Assembly (NCBI GenBank): GCA_964629345.1
Contig: CAZVSG010000002.1
Location: forward strand, 1 to 49,292
DNA: 49,292 nt
Direction of reading: 5' to 3'
Origin: an uncultured Christensenella sp.
Lineage (GTDB): Bacteria; Bacillota; Clostridia; Christensenellales; Aristaeellaceae
Positions 1 to 9,120 of this stretch are shown one piece after another; positions within the stretch are counted from its first letter, which is position 1; each line of letters begins with the position of its first letter. The notes below the pieces were generated by a model. It ran no database searches. It was not told where the DNA came from and saw only the letters and a program-made list of their open reading frames with translations. The position numbers and the translations under genes are program-made.

Positions 1-83
1 AACATGATGTCCAGCGTCAGCTCATAAGGGCCGGAGTTCTTGCTGCGGATGATGCTTGTGAGTTCGGTGATGTTCTTCTTCAC
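1..83 (-). CDS. DUF4387-like small protein, 5' end only (continues past the left window edge)
   Basis: The minus-strand reading from nt 83 gives (GTG)KKNITELTSIIRSKNSGPYELTLDIM.. The SD GAGGTGG lies 4 nt upstream and the start is 9 nt after the DUF1446 stop. The motif IRSKN.GPYELTLDI is the N-terminal signature I recall for DUF4387. It is absent from the ORF track because it is open-ended. Confidence 0.6.
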   Translation of the reverse strand, partial: MKKNITELTSIIRSKNSGPYELTLDIM

Positions 84-92
84 GTTTCCACC

Positions 93-1457
93 TCAGACCT
101 TCTCGATCGCCATTGGGAAAAGCGCGCAGGGGTCCTCTGTCTCAAGCAGATGATATATGCTGAACACATAGACTTCCCCGGCGTGGAAATCACTGGGTGA
201 ATATGGGAATGCCAGGTTGCCGGCCGTTGCCCTCCTGCCCTGATACCCATAGTGCAGCATCGTGGAGCGCGCGGCGGCGCAGATGGTGTCGGCATGGGCC
301 TGGGTATCCGAGACCGCTTCGATGACAATGCCTATTTCGTGTCCCTCGACAACAGGATGGGGTTCCAGCGCACCCATGACGCCGTCCCGTCCGTAGACGT
401 TGAACAGCAGCTTGTATTCAAACTCCGACGCTGAGAAATTGTCCCTGACGCGATCGCGCACGCCTGCCGTTATCTCATCGATGCGGCTGAGCATCACCGG
501 GTCGCGCGCCCCGGCGATGGACACGGTCCTGTATCCGATGCGCCTTGCCCCCTCGAGCTTGACGGTATAGGGGTCCGAGGGGATGAAGCGGCTGCCCCGG
601 ACGCGTGCGATGCGGTCTGTGACCTGCTCAAACTTCGTGTCGTACAGGTCAAGGTGCCCTCCGGGGCCGGGGAGGATATAGGGATTGGTCTTTTCATACA
701 GGGTATGCGCCGCGACTGACAGGATCGTGCATTTTCGGATGGGATTGAGCGGCTCCAGATCGAATGAATCACGGCGCAGATAACCAAACATGCAGTCGGA
801 ACCGGATCCGGGGGTCGCCGCGATGGAGGCGCATTCCAGGATCTTCCCCATGTGAACGGCAAGGCCTCTGTCAAAACCGGCGCGTACCGCAGGAGCGGCA
901 AACACCGCCGGGTCATAGCACCGGCCGGCAAGGACGACCTGTGCGCCTCCGTCCAGCGCGCGGATGATCGGTTCGATCCCCATCTGCGCGACGATGCTGA
1001 CGGTTTCCTCAAGCGCTTGTTCTGTCAGTTCCGGGGCCGGTTCCAGGGGCTTCACCTTTCCCCTTTGCATCGCGTCCCTGACCCTGTCCTTCGGGATCTC
1101 CGCATGGATCACAGCCATGGAGAAATGAAGGTTCCGCTCCCTGGCGATCTCCAGGATGATGTCCCGGCACCAGGCAAGGTGCCGGTCCCCTCCGCTGCCT
1201 CCGGCAGTGCCGATCACAACAGGGATGCCCCTTGAGTTCCCGGCGGCCAGCATCAGTTCAAGATCGCGCTTCACAGCGCCGCGGTCGGTAAAGGATATCC
1301 CCGCGCCGAGGTAATAGGGGCCCGGATCGGTTGAGCCCGCGTCAACGGCGATCAGATGAGGGTTTCTGGCCAGCCCTTCCTGAAATGAGGCAAGCGGAAA
1401 ACCGTATCCGAGGATCGCGGTCGTCGAAAGGATCCTGTATTCATCCATTCGGTTCAT
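93..1457 (-). CDS. DUF1446 / AtuA-like (acyclic terpene utilisation family) protein, function unknown
   Basis: 454-aa ORF with ATG at 1457 preceded by AAGGAGGA. The N-terminus, ILGYGFP..NPHLIAVDAGSTDPGPYYLG..IPVV.GTAGGSG, is typical of the AtuA/DUF1446 family as I recall it. The start is 6 nt after the mal stop. Confidence 0.75.
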   Translation of the reverse strand: MNRMDEYRILSTTAILGYGFPLASFQEGLARNPHLIAVDAGSTDPGPYYLGAGISFTDRGAVKRDLELMLAAGNSRGIPVVIGTAGGSGGDRHLAWCRDIILEIARERNLHFSMAVIHAEIPKDRVRDAMQRGKVKPLEPAPELTEQALEETVSIVAQMGIEPIIRALDGGAQVVLAGRCYDPAVFAAPAVRAGFDRGLAVHMGKILECASIAATPGSGSDCMFGYLRRDSFDLEPLNPIRKCTILSVAAHTLYEKTNPYILPGPGGHLDLYDTKFEQVTDRIARVRGSRFIPSDPYTVKLEGARRIGYRTVSIAGARDPVMLSRIDEITAGVRDRVRDNFSASEFEYKLLFNVYGRDGVMGALEPHPVVEGHEIGIVIEAVSDTQAHADTICAAARSTMLHYGYQGRRATAGNLAFPYSPSDFHAGEVYVFSIYHLLETEDPCALFPMAIEKV

Positions 1458-1463
1458 TCCTCC

Positions 1464-2723
1464 TTAGGGTTTCAATATCCCAATGCCGTTTTTCCTCAGC
1501 GCGATGATCCTTTGCATCTCATTGAAACAGATCATGTACGCTTCGTCGACGCCCATGCCGGGCTTTGCCAGGACCTGGTCGGCATTGACCGCCATGGCGC
1601 AATGGATGCAGACCTGTGCCGAGCGGTCCGTCTCGTTGCAGGTTCCGCCCTGGTAAGCGCCGACGCCCTTTTGCTTGCAGTACAGCACAGCCTCGCAGGT
1701 GTTGTGGATGCTCCCCAGGTCAGGGGTCTTGATCTGGATCATATGCCCGGCGGCATTGTCGGCGAAATAGATGACATCCTCCAGTGTATTGCACCACTCA
1801 TCGGCGACGATCTCGACATGGATGCCGCGCTGGTCGATCTCCCTGCACAATCCCCGCAGATCGCACATCTGCGCCTCCCGGCTGCCGGAATCCATCGGGC
1901 CTTCGATGCGCAGACGGAAAGGCGCCGCTTCCTTTTCAAGCTGCTCAAGGTAGTCCGCCATCCCGATGTAGTTGTCTGCGCCGAAGATCTGTCCGACGGT
2001 GCCGTAGCAATCGATATGGAAAACGGGACGGTAGCCCTCCTGCGGGGCGACGTCCCTGACACGCTGTTTGAGCCATTTGACATAGGCCAGAAGATTCTCG
2101 CCCTTCTGCCCGGTTTTGGAAATGCTGTTGAACAGACCGTGCGGCAGCACCGGCGCGCTTTTCAGGATCATCTTGTCCGCGTTGCTGTACCGGTCATCGC
2201 CGGACTGGGTAAAGATCGGGAGGATGCTCCGGGAGACTGTGGTCCCGTATTCCATGGCCACCAGGTCGCACATGTTCAGGCCTTTCGCCTTGGCGACCGC
2301 GTCAAGGATCGCCTGTGAAACGCCATAGCGGATCGCGGTGTGCAGCTTTTTGCCTTCGGCATCAGTCAGGCCGTCGATCTCCTCCGCCAGCCGCCTGAAG
2401 CTGTCCGCTTCCTGGCCGATCAGGTGAGAAGCGACGCCATGCTCAATGATGGGAATAAAGCTGTCTGCGAGAAACAAGGGATCGCGTCCTCCCGCTCCCG
2501 AGTACTGCACCGCGGCGCAGTCACCCCATCCGATCTGACCGTTCTCAAGGATGATCTGTACTGAGATGGATTCGCCCGGCTGGCGGATGCGGCTGAACCC
2601 GGGGGTCATCGGCTCGCCGGCATACACCGCGCCGTCTGACACCGCCCCCTGCTTGATGGCTTTCTGATCGTCAAAGTAGAAACCGGTCAACCCTTTTGAA
2701 CACACGAGGCTAATGATTTTCAT
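1464..2723 (-). CDS. mal: Methylaspartate ammonia-lyase (3-methylaspartase)
   Basis: 419 aa that align end to end by eye with clostridial methylaspartase: MKI..C..GLTGFYFDDQ.AIK, CAAVQYSGAGGRDPLF, HTAIRYG..QAILDAVAK, ADEWCNT.EDV, GHM.QIKTPDLG, GGTCNET.RSA, LAKPGMGVDE. SD GGGAGGG precedes the start. Confidence 0.95.
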   Translation of the reverse strand: MKIISLVCSKGLTGFYFDDQKAIKQGAVSDGAVYAGEPMTPGFSRIRQPGESISVQIILENGQIGWGDCAAVQYSGAGGRDPLFLADSFIPIIEHGVASHLIGQEADSFRRLAEEIDGLTDAEGKKLHTAIRYGVSQAILDAVAKAKGLNMCDLVAMEYGTTVSRSILPIFTQSGDDRYSNADKMILKSAPVLPHGLFNSISKTGQKGENLLAYVKWLKQRVRDVAPQEGYRPVFHIDCYGTVGQIFGADNYIGMADYLEQLEKEAAPFRLRIEGPMDSGSREAQMCDLRGLCREIDQRGIHVEIVADEWCNTLEDVIYFADNAAGHMIQIKTPDLGSIHNTCEAVLYCKQKGVGAYQGGTCNETDRSAQVCIHCAMAVNADQVLAKPGMGVDEAYMICFNEMQRIIALRKNGIGILKP

Positions 2724-2744
2724 AACAGCCCTCCCAATATCGCA

Positions 2745-4196
2745 TCAATGCGGTCTGCCGACCAGGCGCCCCTTGGAGATCGCATAAATGTCATCAATGA
2801 CCATCTGGAATGAAACTCCTCTGTTTTCCGCTTCCGCCCGCTGATGGATCTTGTCGCGGTGGAACCTGAGCAGTTTTTCATTCAGCGGCAGATTTCCCGC
2901 ATCAAGCAACCGAACAGCGCCGTTGTTGTCCCTGGCCGGCATGATCTTTCCGGCGTTGTAGCGGCTTGGCGCAAAGGGTACGTCGATCACGCCCGCTTCA
3001 AATGCCCTGACAGTCCCCAGGGCGGCATCCCCTTCTCCCAGCTCCAGCGTGCGGTCCAGGATGCAGGAGGTTTCCTCCCGGATCACTGACATCTCCTCTT
3101 CAAGCCGACCGCCGTCTTCAAGCGACTGGTCCGCCAGCATCGTGATCATCTGCTTTGTGGCGCGAAGCCCGGCGGCATTGGCCTCCTTGGTCGGCACGCC
3201 CAAGGCCTCATGAGGTGACTTGACGATCACTTTCGTGGCATTGGCAAGCGCGGCGACAGAACTGCCCCAGCAAATGACAGCGAAGGCCTTGGCCTCATCC
3301 TGGGGGAATCCGCCCATCCATTGGTGAAGGACCGTGCTGACCGTGACGTCTCTGTATCCAAAACGCTCAAGGTATTCCTTTGTCTGCTTTTCGAGGATCC
3401 TGATCGCCGCGACATCCTGGATGAGGTTGCCGCACTGTCCGTAGCCGACCGTGATGTTCCTGACCCCCTGCTCCGCCGCCAGCAGGGTCTCGATGATGGC
3501 CACGGCGTTGGAGACGCAGGGCGGGACCAGCGTTCCGGTCAGCGGCCCGAAAGGCTCTCGGTTGATGGAGATCCCCGCATCCTCGTACAGCCCCACCAGC
3601 CTGTCGCAGTACTGCCAGTTGTACAGGGTCTCCTTCATCGGCGCGTTCTTTGCGTAGGGGATGTTGTAGGAGATGCCGCCGCCCTCAAAGCTGGTGAACC
3701 CCCCTGCCAGGGTGATCTCACTCAGCAGGCGGGCGTCCGGTGTGCCGTGGCGGACCTGGATGGGGGTTTGAAGCGCGGACGTGACCATCCTGCACCCCGA
3801 GATCCCGTGATTGACCGCGGGGAACCCGTTGAGCATGGCTTTCCCCGTTGCCTTGGATTCATCGATCCCCCGCTGGGCATCCTCATAGCGGTTCAGGCGG
3901 GTGTAGCTGTCGATGGTGGTCGGCAGCAGGTCCGCCTCGCCTTCCTTCTCAAGGTGGCTGAGCAGCGCGATATGATCACGGATGAGCGGGACACCCGCGC
4001 GGGGCTGGACCAGGGTCTTCCTGCTCTTCTGCGCCTCATTGAGCCTGGTGACAAAGCGTCTGCCCAGCGGGATCCCTTTCTGGTAGCCGATCGCCTCATC
4101 CAGATCCGCCTCGGCACCGGTAGGCCATGTTTTTAGGACCTCCTGACGCTGTGACATAAAAAAGTCCAGGGGCCATTTTTTATTGAACAGCTCCAT
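2745..4196 (-). CDS. glmE: Glutamate mutase epsilon (catalytic) subunit
   Basis: Matches clostridial GlmE/MutE: [84 protein letters not shown] chose the internal ATG at 4196 (SD AAGGAAGG) over the track start at 4214. Confidence 0.95.
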   Translation of the reverse strand: MELFNKKWPLDFFMSQRQEVLKTWPTGAEADLDEAIGYQKGIPLGRRFVTRLNEAQKSRKTLVQPRAGVPLIRDHIALLSHLEKEGEADLLPTTIDSYTRLNRYEDAQRGIDESKATGKAMLNGFPAVNHGISGCRMVTSALQTPIQVRHGTPDARLLSEITLAGGFTSFEGGGISYNIPYAKNAPMKETLYNWQYCDRLVGLYEDAGISINREPFGPLTGTLVPPCVSNAVAIIETLLAAEQGVRNITVGYGQCGNLIQDVAAIRILEKQTKEYLERFGYRDVTVSTVLHQWMGGFPQDEAKAFAVICWGSSVAALANATKVIVKSPHEALGVPTKEANAAGLRATKQMITMLADQSLEDGGRLEEEMSVIREETSCILDRTLELGEGDAALGTVRAFEAGVIDVPFAPSRYNAGKIMPARDNNGAVRLLDAGNLPLNEKLLRFHRDKIHQRAEAENRGVSFQMVIDDIYAISKGRLVGRPH

Positions 4197-5580
4197 ATGC
4201 GCCTTCCTTTCCAAATTGCTCCAGCATCAGCCTGAGCGCCGCTTCACGGTCAACCCCCGAGAGGAGCCCCATTGCGGAGAGAGTATACCGACTGTCGCAC
4301 AGGGCCTTCACGCGCCTTGGCGTGAGCGCCGTCGGGTCCTGCATGGACAGCGCAATGCTGACGATTCCCGGCAGATCAGGCGCGTAGATCAGCGCGCCGC
4401 CGGTCAGAAGCATCCGTTCCGTGCGCGTCAGGTCCTTACCGGTCTGCTGATCCACAGGGCCGATGGGCGTATAGACGCGCTCAAACGTGCCTGCATGGCG
4501 GGCCAGTGCGCAGTAAAGCGCCCCGATGGCCAGCGCGCGGTCGACAGCCTGTTCTTCCTGCGTTTCAGGCAGCCTTGACGGGTCGTTCCGGAAAGCCTCG
4601 GCAGCATCCATGATGGCCGGGGCAGGCACTGAGGCGGCGCTTGAAAGCTTTTCCGTCCCGACAGCCTGGATGATGCCCTTTGCGCTGTACCGCATGCCGA
4701 TGTCGCCTTCCACCGTCCGTTTGGCATAAGGCTCCGGAAGGCCGCGCAGAAAAACGTTGGGATTGGAGGGGTCTCCCTTGGCGATGGAATACACGTCCGT
4801 GGTCGCTCCGCCCAGATCCACAGCGATGAGTTCTCCAAGACCGCGCGTCCTCTCCGTGCCTTCCGACAGAAGTGTCAGCGCATCCAGCACCGCTGAGGGC
4901 GTGGGCATCAGGATCCCGTCCAGGACCTCGCTCACGCCGCTCATCCCTTTCGCGCGGACGATGCGATCCAGGAACAAGTCCCTGATCACTTCCTGGACCG
5001 GGCCGGCATTGAGCCTGTTCATCTCCGGCATCACGTTGGGCGCGATGAACACAGGATGCCCGCTGCCCTCAAGCGCTTTGGCACAGTCCCGGCCGGCGCT
5101 GCGGTTCCCGGCGATGATGATGGGATAGCTTCCTCCGTCACGGCTGAGTGCCTGCGCGTTGGCAATGATGTTATCACTGTTCCCGCCGTCTATGCCCCCG
5201 GTCAGGAGAAGGATATCCGGCTCCACCTGACGGATCTCATCAATGTCTTCGCTTGTCAGGCGATAGGCGAACGTCCGCAAGACCTTCGCCCCCGCGCCGA
5301 AGGCGGCCATCTGCGCCGCCTTGCTGGTCAGCGTGGGGACCAGCCCGCAGACGACCATCTTCAGCCCCCCGGCGGCGCTGGAACAGGCCAGTTTTGCCTG
5401 ATAGTCCATTTTTCCGCAGGAATGCTCAAGGATCGACAGGGCTTTGTTCAGCCCGATGGATATATCGCTGTCCACGGTCGTGAACGCCTGAGCGCTGCCC
5501 AGAATGCTCGGCGTTTCCAGGTCGACAGCGGTCAGTTTTGTGTAGGTTGAGCCAAAGTCGATCAGAAGGACCGGCCGCAT
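4180..5580 (-). CDS. glmL: Glutamate mutase-associated MutL/GlmL protein (putative reactivase/chaperone, actin-like ATPase fold)
   Basis: 466 aa with N-terminus [20 protein letters not shown] and later [11 protein letters not shown]. It sits between glmS and glmE, as in clostridial mutS-mutL-mutE operons, and overlaps both neighbours. Confidence 0.85.
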   Translation of the reverse strand: MRPVLLIDFGSTYTKLTAVDLETPSILGSAQAFTTVDSDISIGLNKALSILEHSCGKMDYQAKLACSSAAGGLKMVVCGLVPTLTSKAAQMAAFGAGAKVLRTFAYRLTSEDIDEIRQVEPDILLLTGGIDGGNSDNIIANAQALSRDGGSYPIIIAGNRSAGRDCAKALEGSGHPVFIAPNVMPEMNRLNAGPVQEVIRDLFLDRIVRAKGMSGVSEVLDGILMPTPSAVLDALTLLSEGTERTRGLGELIAVDLGGATTDVYSIAKGDPSNPNVFLRGLPEPYAKRTVEGDIGMRYSAKGIIQAVGTEKLSSAASVPAPAIMDAAEAFRNDPSRLPETQEEQAVDRALAIGALYCALARHAGTFERVYTPIGPVDQQTGKDLTRTERMLLTGGALIYAPDLPGIVSIALSMQDPTALTPRRVKALCDSRYTLSAMGLLSGVDREAALRLMLEQFGKEGAYGAVQ

Positions 5581-5993
5581 CGCCTATCCCCGGACAGATC
5601 TTCATTCAGTGCCCTGATCCCGGTCTCCGGCGGCGTACCGGGCCCGAAAACCCGGTCAAACCCCATTTTCAGAAAGCGCTGTTCAACCTCCTCAAACGGC
5701 TGCTTTCCGACAACGATGTTGCCGCCGACGTACAGGAGGATCCCCTTCAAGCCCGCTTCGTCGCATTTCTCACGAAACCCCTGGCAGTCCAGTTCGCCAT
5801 GCCCGTACAGGGAGGATACGATGATCGCGTCAGCGGCGGATTCAACGGCCGCCTCGATGAATTCTTCCTGGGATACCATGACGCCAAGGTTGACCACGTG
5901 AAAGCCGGCATCCTGAAATGCGTAGTTGAGGATCTGGTTGCCAACTGCATGAACATCCGCCCCGATGACACCCAGAACCAAGGTTCTCGCCAT
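5562..5993 (-). CDS. glmS: Glutamate mutase sigma (B12-binding) subunit
   Basis: [16 protein letters not shown] (DxHxxG cobalamin-binding motif), [49 protein letters not shown]. The internal ATG at 5993 has GGAGG 6 nt upstream; the track start at 6017 adds 8 non-homologous residues. Confidence 0.93.
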   Translation of the reverse strand: MARTLVLGVIGADVHAVGNQILNYAFQDAGFHVVNLGVMVSQEEFIEAAVESAADAIIVSSLYGHGELDCQGFREKCDEAGLKGILLYVGGNIVVGKQPFEEVEQRFLKMGFDRVFGPGTPPETGIRALNEDLSGDRRCGRSF

Positions 5994-6021
5994 ATAGCGC
6001 CTCCACTTTCTACTCAAGGTG

Positions 6022-6050
6022 AGAATAGCCTCTCATGACCGGCTTGTCAA
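6022..6050 (-). promoter_or_regulatory. Candidate sigma-A promoter for the glmS operon (TTGACA-17-TATTCT)
   Basis: The minus strand reads TTGACA (6050..6045), a 17-nt spacer, then TATTCT (6027..6022), about 30 nt upstream of the glmS ATG. Pattern match only. Confidence 0.3.
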
Positions 6051-6060
6051 CCACCGCTCC

Positions 6061-6089
6061 TTGTTTTACACCACCCAAGCACCTATAAT
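6061..6089 (+). promoter_or_regulatory. Candidate sigma-A promoter for the GT4 gene (TTGTTT-17-TATAAT)
   Basis: TTGTTT at 6061..6066, a 17-nt spacer, then a perfect TATAAT at 6084..6089, 35 nt before the ATG at 6125 (SD GAAGGAGGG). It is divergent from the glmS promoter. Confidence 0.3.
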
Positions 6090-6124
6090 GAGGACGGAGC
6101 AACCTTCACGAAGGAGGGAACGGG

Positions 6125-7327
6125 ATGAACATCTGCCAGCTGACTGACACCTTTCTTCCGGTCGTTGACGGGGTGGGCCGTGTCGTTCTCGCATATGCCG
6201 AAACGCTGTCCGGCATGAATCACAGGGTGACCGTATCCTGTCCGATGTACAACACAGGGCACCGCGGGGGCTATCCCTTTGAAATGGTCGATTACTCCGG
6301 CTTCAAGGTGCCCACCGCGCCGCAGTACAAGGTCGGCACCGCGGCGCTGGACAGCCATTACAGAAAACGCATGGAAATGATCGACCTGGATATCGTGCAC
6401 TCACACAGCCCCTTCTCCGCCGGCAAGGAAGCACTTCGGCTGGCAAGGGAGAGGAAGCTTCCGGCGGTCGCATCCTTCCACTCAAAATACTATGATGATT
6501 TCCTGAACGTCACCCATTCCGATACGATCGCGAAGCTGGTCGTCAGCAACATCGTCAGCTTCTACATGCGCTGCGATGAAGTGTGGGCGGTTTCCGAAAG
6601 GAGCGCGGACGTGCTCAGGTCCTACGGCTACCGCGGAAGCGTCATCGTCATGCCCAACGGCGTGACGATGCGGACTGCCGATCAGCGGAAGATCAGGGAA
6701 GTCGAAGAACGTTTTTCCCTTGAATCCTTCCCCATGCTTCTGTTCGTCGGACAGATCAACTGGAAGAAGAACATTCTGCGCGTGCTTGAGGCGGCCTCCC
6801 TGCTGCTTCGCTCAGGCATGTCCTTCCGCCTCCTGCTTGCCGGACAGGGCCCGGATGAAAAAATGGTCCAGGAAAAGATCAGGGAGCTCGGCCTTGAAGG
6901 CTGTGCCATGCTGACGGGACACATCGCGGACATGGACACCCTTGACGCGCTGTATGCGCGCGCCGCCGTGTTTACCTTCCCCTCCCTGTATGACAACGCG
7001 CCGATGGTCGTGCGGGAAGCCGCCGTGATGGGCACGCCGGCCGTGCTCGTCTCAGGAAGCAGCGCCGCGGAGATCATCCACGACGGCGCGAACGGATTCC
7101 TGTGCCGGGATGATTCCGACGATCTTTTCCGGGTGCTGCGCAATGCCCTTTCGGATCCGGAAAAGACAAGGTACATCGGCATGCAGGCCCAAACCACCAT
7201 TCCGTTGCCCTGGCGGGACATCATGGAAAAAGCGGTCCAGAGGTATGAAGCCCTCATAAAGGAAAAGAAAGGCAAAAAGCGCAGGCACTACGCCCAGAAG
7301 CCGGCTGAAAAGGCTTTGCGCGGATGA
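6125..7327 (+). CDS. GT4-family (GT-B) glycosyltransferase, glycolipid-synthase-like
   Basis: 400 aa. The N-terminus is MNICQLTDTF.P..DGVGRVV. The C-terminal Glycos_transf_1 pattern is LLFVGQ..W.KN...L.EA, FP.SLYDNAPMVVREAAVMGTPAV (EX7E-like), then GANGFL. Confidence 0.85.
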   Translation: MNICQLTDTFLPVVDGVGRVVLAYAETLSGMNHRVTVSCPMYNTGHRGGYPFEMVDYSGFKVPTAPQYKVGTAALDSHYRKRMEMIDLDIVHSHSPFSAGKEALRLARERKLPAVASFHSKYYDDFLNVTHSDTIAKLVVSNIVSFYMRCDEVWAVSERSADVLRSYGYRGSVIVMPNGVTMRTADQRKIREVEERFSLESFPMLLFVGQINWKKNILRVLEAASLLLRSGMSFRLLLAGQGPDEKMVQEKIRELGLEGCAMLTGHIADMDTLDALYARAAVFTFPSLYDNAPMVVREAAVMGTPAVLVSGSSAAEIIHDGANGFLCRDDSDDLFRVLRNALSDPEKTRYIGMQAQTTIPLPWRDIMEKAVQRYEALIKEKKGKKRRHYAQKPAEKALRG

Positions 7328-9114
7328 GCGCGGACAGGCATTTTGACGTTGTCGTCATCGGGGCCGGGCATGCGGGGTGCGAAGCCGCGCTGGCATGCGC
7401 AAGGCTTGGGCTCAAAACGGCGGTCCTCACGCTGAACATTGACAGCATCGCCCTGATGCCCTGCAATCCTTCCGTCGGCGGAACGGGGAAGGGCCAGCTG
7501 GTGCGCGAAGTCGATGCCCTGGGCGGAGAGATGGGTCTGGCGATCGATGACACCACGCTGCAAAGCCGGATGCTCAATACCGGAAAAGGCCCAGCAGTGC
7601 AATCCCTGCGCGCGCAGGCGGATAAACGTCAATACCAAAGGCGTATGATGCATGCCCTGTTCTCGCAGGAGAACCTGACCGTCCTGCAGGCCGAGGTGAC
7701 GGATATCCTCAAAGGTTCCGGCGGCGTCAAAGGCGTCAGAACCATCAGCGGTCAGGTGATCGGCTGCGGCGCGGCGATCGTCGCCTCCGGGGTATACCTG
7801 AACAGCCGCGTCATCATCGGGGAAACGCACTGGCACTCCGGACCCCAGGGTCTGTTGAGCGCCGGCCGCCTCTCGGCGTCGCTGATGGACCTGGGTTTCC
7901 AGATCAGGCGGTTCAAAACGGGAACGCCTGCCCGGATCGATGCCCGCAGCATCGATTTCAACCAGATGGAAGCGCAGCCGGGCGATGAGCCCGTCGTCCC
8001 GTTCTCATTCCTGACGGACAGAAGGCTTGAGAACCTTGAGCAATGCTTCCTGACCTGGACGAACGAGCAGACCCATGAGATCATCAGGAAGAACCTTCAC
8101 CGCTCCCCCATGTTTTCCGGCGCCATCAAAGGCATCGGCGCGCGGTACTGCCCCTCGATCGAGGATAAGGTATACCGCTTTGCCAACAAGGACAGGCACC
8201 AGGTATTCCTTGAGCCGGAAGGGCTTTCATATCCTGAATGGTACGCGCAGGGGCTTTCCTCCAGCCTGCCCGAGGACGTCCAATGGGACATGTACAGGAG
8301 CATCAGGGGCCTCCAGCATGCCCGGCTGACCAGGCTTGCCTACGCGATCGAATATGACTGCATCAACCCCCTGGACCTGTCGCCTTCGATGGCCTCTCAT
8401 CACGTTCAGGGCCTCTACTCAGCCGGGCAGATCAACGGCACCTCCGGATATGAGGAAGCGGCGGCGCAGGGGATCCTGGCCGGTATCAACGCAAGCCTGT
8501 ACCTGAAGGGCAGGGATCCGTTCATCCTCACCCGCGAACAGGCATATATCGGCGTGATGGCTGACGATCTGAGCAGCAAAGGGGTCGATGAGCCCTACCG
8601 CATGATGACAGGCAGGGTCGAATACCGCCTGTCCCTCCGCCAGGACAACGCGGACCTGCGGCTGACCCATCTGTCACACGCGCTCGGCCTGGCCGGCGAT
8701 GACCGGCTTGAAAGAACAGAAAAGAAAAAACGGGAGACAGCGGAACTGATCCAGGCTCTCAGGGAAAGCCGCGGACATCCAGGCAGCGGCCCTGACAGGA
8801 CGGCGATTGACCCGCCGGGTGCCGGCTACTCAAAGGAAGCGGTCAGCCAGGCTGAAATACAGATGAAGTATGAAGGTTACCTGGGAAAGGAGTCCGCACA
8901 GATCAGGTCGGCAAAAGCCATGGATGATTGGCGGATCCCCCCTGATATCGACTATATGTCCATTGCTTCGCTCAGGATCGAATCAAGGCAGAAACTGACG
9001 CGTCAGAAGCCCTTCTCCCTCGGACAGGCCTCGCGCATTCCGGGTGTTACGCCTGCCGACGTCGCTGTGCTGTCGGTATGGCTGAAAAAGCACAGGGCCG
9101 CGGCTGAAACCTGA
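7324..9114 (+). CDS. mnmG: tRNA uridine-5-carboxymethylaminomethyl(34) synthesis enzyme MnmG (GidA)
   Basis: FDVVVIGAGHAGCEAALA.ARLG, NPS.GG.GKG.LVREVDALGG.MG, GPA..SLRAQADK..Y, FLEPEG, AGQINGTSGYEEAAAQG, SLGQASRIPGVTPAD. The ATG overlaps the GT4 stop (ATGA). Confidence 0.95.
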   Translation: MSADRHFDVVVIGAGHAGCEAALACARLGLKTAVLTLNIDSIALMPCNPSVGGTGKGQLVREVDALGGEMGLAIDDTTLQSRMLNTGKGPAVQSLRAQADKRQYQRRMMHALFSQENLTVLQAEVTDILKGSGGVKGVRTISGQVIGCGAAIVASGVYLNSRVIIGETHWHSGPQGLLSAGRLSASLMDLGFQIRRFKTGTPARIDARSIDFNQMEAQPGDEPVVPFSFLTDRRLENLEQCFLTWTNEQTHEIIRKNLHRSPMFSGAIKGIGARYCPSIEDKVYRFANKDRHQVFLEPEGLSYPEWYAQGLSSSLPEDVQWDMYRSIRGLQHARLTRLAYAIEYDCINPLDLSPSMASHHVQGLYSAGQINGTSGYEEAAAQGILAGINASLYLKGRDPFILTREQAYIGVMADDLSSKGVDEPYRMMTGRVEYRLSLRQDNADLRLTHLSHALGLAGDDRLERTEKKKRETAELIQALRESRGHPGSGPDRTAIDPPGAGYSKEAVSQAEIQMKYEGYLGKESAQIRSAKAMDDWRIPPDIDYMSIASLRIESRQKLTRQKPFSLGQASRIPGVTPADVAVLSVWLKKHRAAAET

Positions 9115-9120
9115 CACCGC

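Noticed and set aside
5994-6124. Expected a cobalamin riboswitch ahead of the B12-dependent glutamate mutase operon.
   Set aside because: The leader is only about 30 nt after the candidate promoter, and the whole divergent gap is 131 nt. That is too short for a cobalamin riboswitch, and no B12-box-like sequence is seen.
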